From positions 1 through 64,000 of the forward strand of contig JAUCBJ010000579.1 of the NCBI GenBank assembly GCA_032718475.1: a stretch of 64,000 nt of DNA, read 5' to 3'. Shown piece after piece: positions 62,601 to 64,000 of this stretch. The DNA comes from Nemertoderma westbladi. Taxonomy: Eukaryota > Animalia > Xenacoelomorpha. Below the pieces are notes generated by a model that searched no databases, had not been told where the DNA came from, and worked only from the letters and a program-made list of their open reading frames with translations. How positions within the stretch are numbered: the first letter of the stretch is position 1; each line of letters begins with the position of its first letter. The position numbers were made by a program, and so were the translations under genes.

Positions 62601-64000
62601 AAGATTGCGTTACAGGTGGTGTGGCTGTACAAGGGGATGGAGAAAGGGCAGGGAAGATTGCGTTACAGGGGTGTGGAAGTACACGGGACGGAGAAAGGGC
62701 AGGGAAGATTCCGTTACAGGTGGTGTGGAAGTACACGGGACGGAGAAAGGGCAGGGAAGATTCCGTTACAGGTGGTGTGGATGTTCACGGGGATGGAGAA
62801 AGGGCAGAGAAGATTGCGTAACAGGTGGTGTGGATGTACACGGGGTGGAGAAAGGGCAGGGAAGATTGCGTTACAGGTGGTGTGCATGTACACGGGATGG
62901 AGAAAGGGCAGGGAAGATTGCGTTACAGGTGGTGTGGATGTACACGGGATGGAGAAAGGGCAGGGAAGATTGCGTTAGAGGTGGTGTGGATGTACACGGG
63001 GACGGAGAAAGGACAGGGAAGATTGCGTTACAGGTGGTGTGGATGTACACGGGATGGAGAAAGGGCAGGGAAGATTCCGTTACAGGGGTGGTGTGGCTGT
63101 ACACAGGGATGGAGAATGGGCATGGAAGATTGCGTTACAGGGGGTGTGGAAGTACACGGGCCGGAGAAAGGGCAGGGAAGATCCCGTTACAGGTGGTGTG
63201 GAAGTACACGGGACGGAGAAAGGGCAGGGAAGATTCCGTTACAGGTGGTGTGGATGTACACGGGATGGAGAAAGGGCAGGGAAGATTGCGTTACAGGTGG
63301 TGTGGATGTACACGGGGATGGGGAAAGGGCAGGGAAGATTGCGTTACAGGTGGTGTGGATGTACACGGGATGGAGAAAGGACAGGGAAGATTGCGTTACA
63401 GGTGGTGTGGATGTACACGGGATGGAGAAAGGGCAGGGAAGATTGCGTTACAGGTGGTGTGGCTGTACACAGGGATGGAGAATGGGCAGGGAAGATTGCG
63501 TTACAGGGGGTGTGGAAGTACACGGGCCGGAGAAAGGGCAGGGAAGATCCCGTTACAGGTGGTGTGGAAGTACACGGGACGGAGAAAGGGCAGGGAAGAT
63601 TGCGTTACAGGTGGTGTGGCTGTACACAGGGATGGAGAATGGGCAGGGAAGATTGCGTTACAGGGGGTGTGGAAGTACACGGGCCGGAGAAAGGGCAGGG
63701 AAGATCCCGTTACAGGTGGTGTGGAAGTACACGGGATGGAGAAAGGGCAGGGAAGATTCCGTTACAGGTGGTGTGGCTGTACACGGGATGGAGAAAGGGC
63801 AGGGAAGATTGCGTTACAGGTGGTGTGGATGTACACGGGATGGAGAAAGGGCAGGGAAGATTGCGTTAGAGGTGGTGTGGATGTACACGGGATGGAGAAA
63901 GGACAGGGAAGATTGCGTTACAGGTGGTGTGGATGTACACGGGATGGAGAAAGGGCAGGGAAGATTGCGTTACAGGTGGTGTGGCTGTACACAGGGATGG
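47700..64000. repeat. 52/53-bp G-rich satellite, roughly 310 copies, continuing past the window end
   Basis: Unit ACACGGG(G)ATGGAGAAAGGGCAGGGAAGATTGCGTTAC(A/C)GGTGGTGTGG(C/A)TGT. The G3/G4 polymorphism gives 52 or 53 bp. Higher-order block duplications are visible. Confidence 0.98.

Noticed and set aside
47691-63869. Giant ORFs (up to 2714 aa) as real protein-coding genes
   Set aside because: They are open in all three frames because the repeat unit has no stop codon. The unit length is not a multiple of 3 and indels are free, so there is no sign of frame conservation.

Overview
AT-rich, repeat-dense eukaryotic DNA, probably from an invertebrate animal. No prokaryotic operons, RNA genes or CRISPR arrays are seen. 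1-6165 is a GC-richer block that I read as the 3' part of an LTR retrotransposon: a long ORF with a DEDDy-type (WRN/Mut-7/RNase D-like) exonuclease and three CCHC knuckles, then a ~2.2-kb LTR-like segment ending inside a C2H2 zinc-finger paralog fragment. 7529-8791 is an intronless 10-finger C2H2 gene. 10-34 kb holds many non-autonomous DNA transposons with readable TIRs/TSDs (hAT-, Tc1/mariner-, Kolobok-, piggyBac- and Mutator-like), an EEF2KMT retro-pseudogene abutting a PHD+APE LINE fragment, a 1.5-kb Helitron-like tandem duplication and duplicated dead RTE LINE fragments with nested insertions. 34617-39673 is an apparently intact hAT transposon. 41.7-64 kb is three adjacent tandem arrays with units of 53, 31 and 52/53 bp. 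The 53-bp array appears to be an amplified exon-end plus splice donor of a minus-strand gene. The huge ORFs over the 52/53-bp array are artefacts of a stop-free repeat unit. All calls were made by eye; no database search was run.
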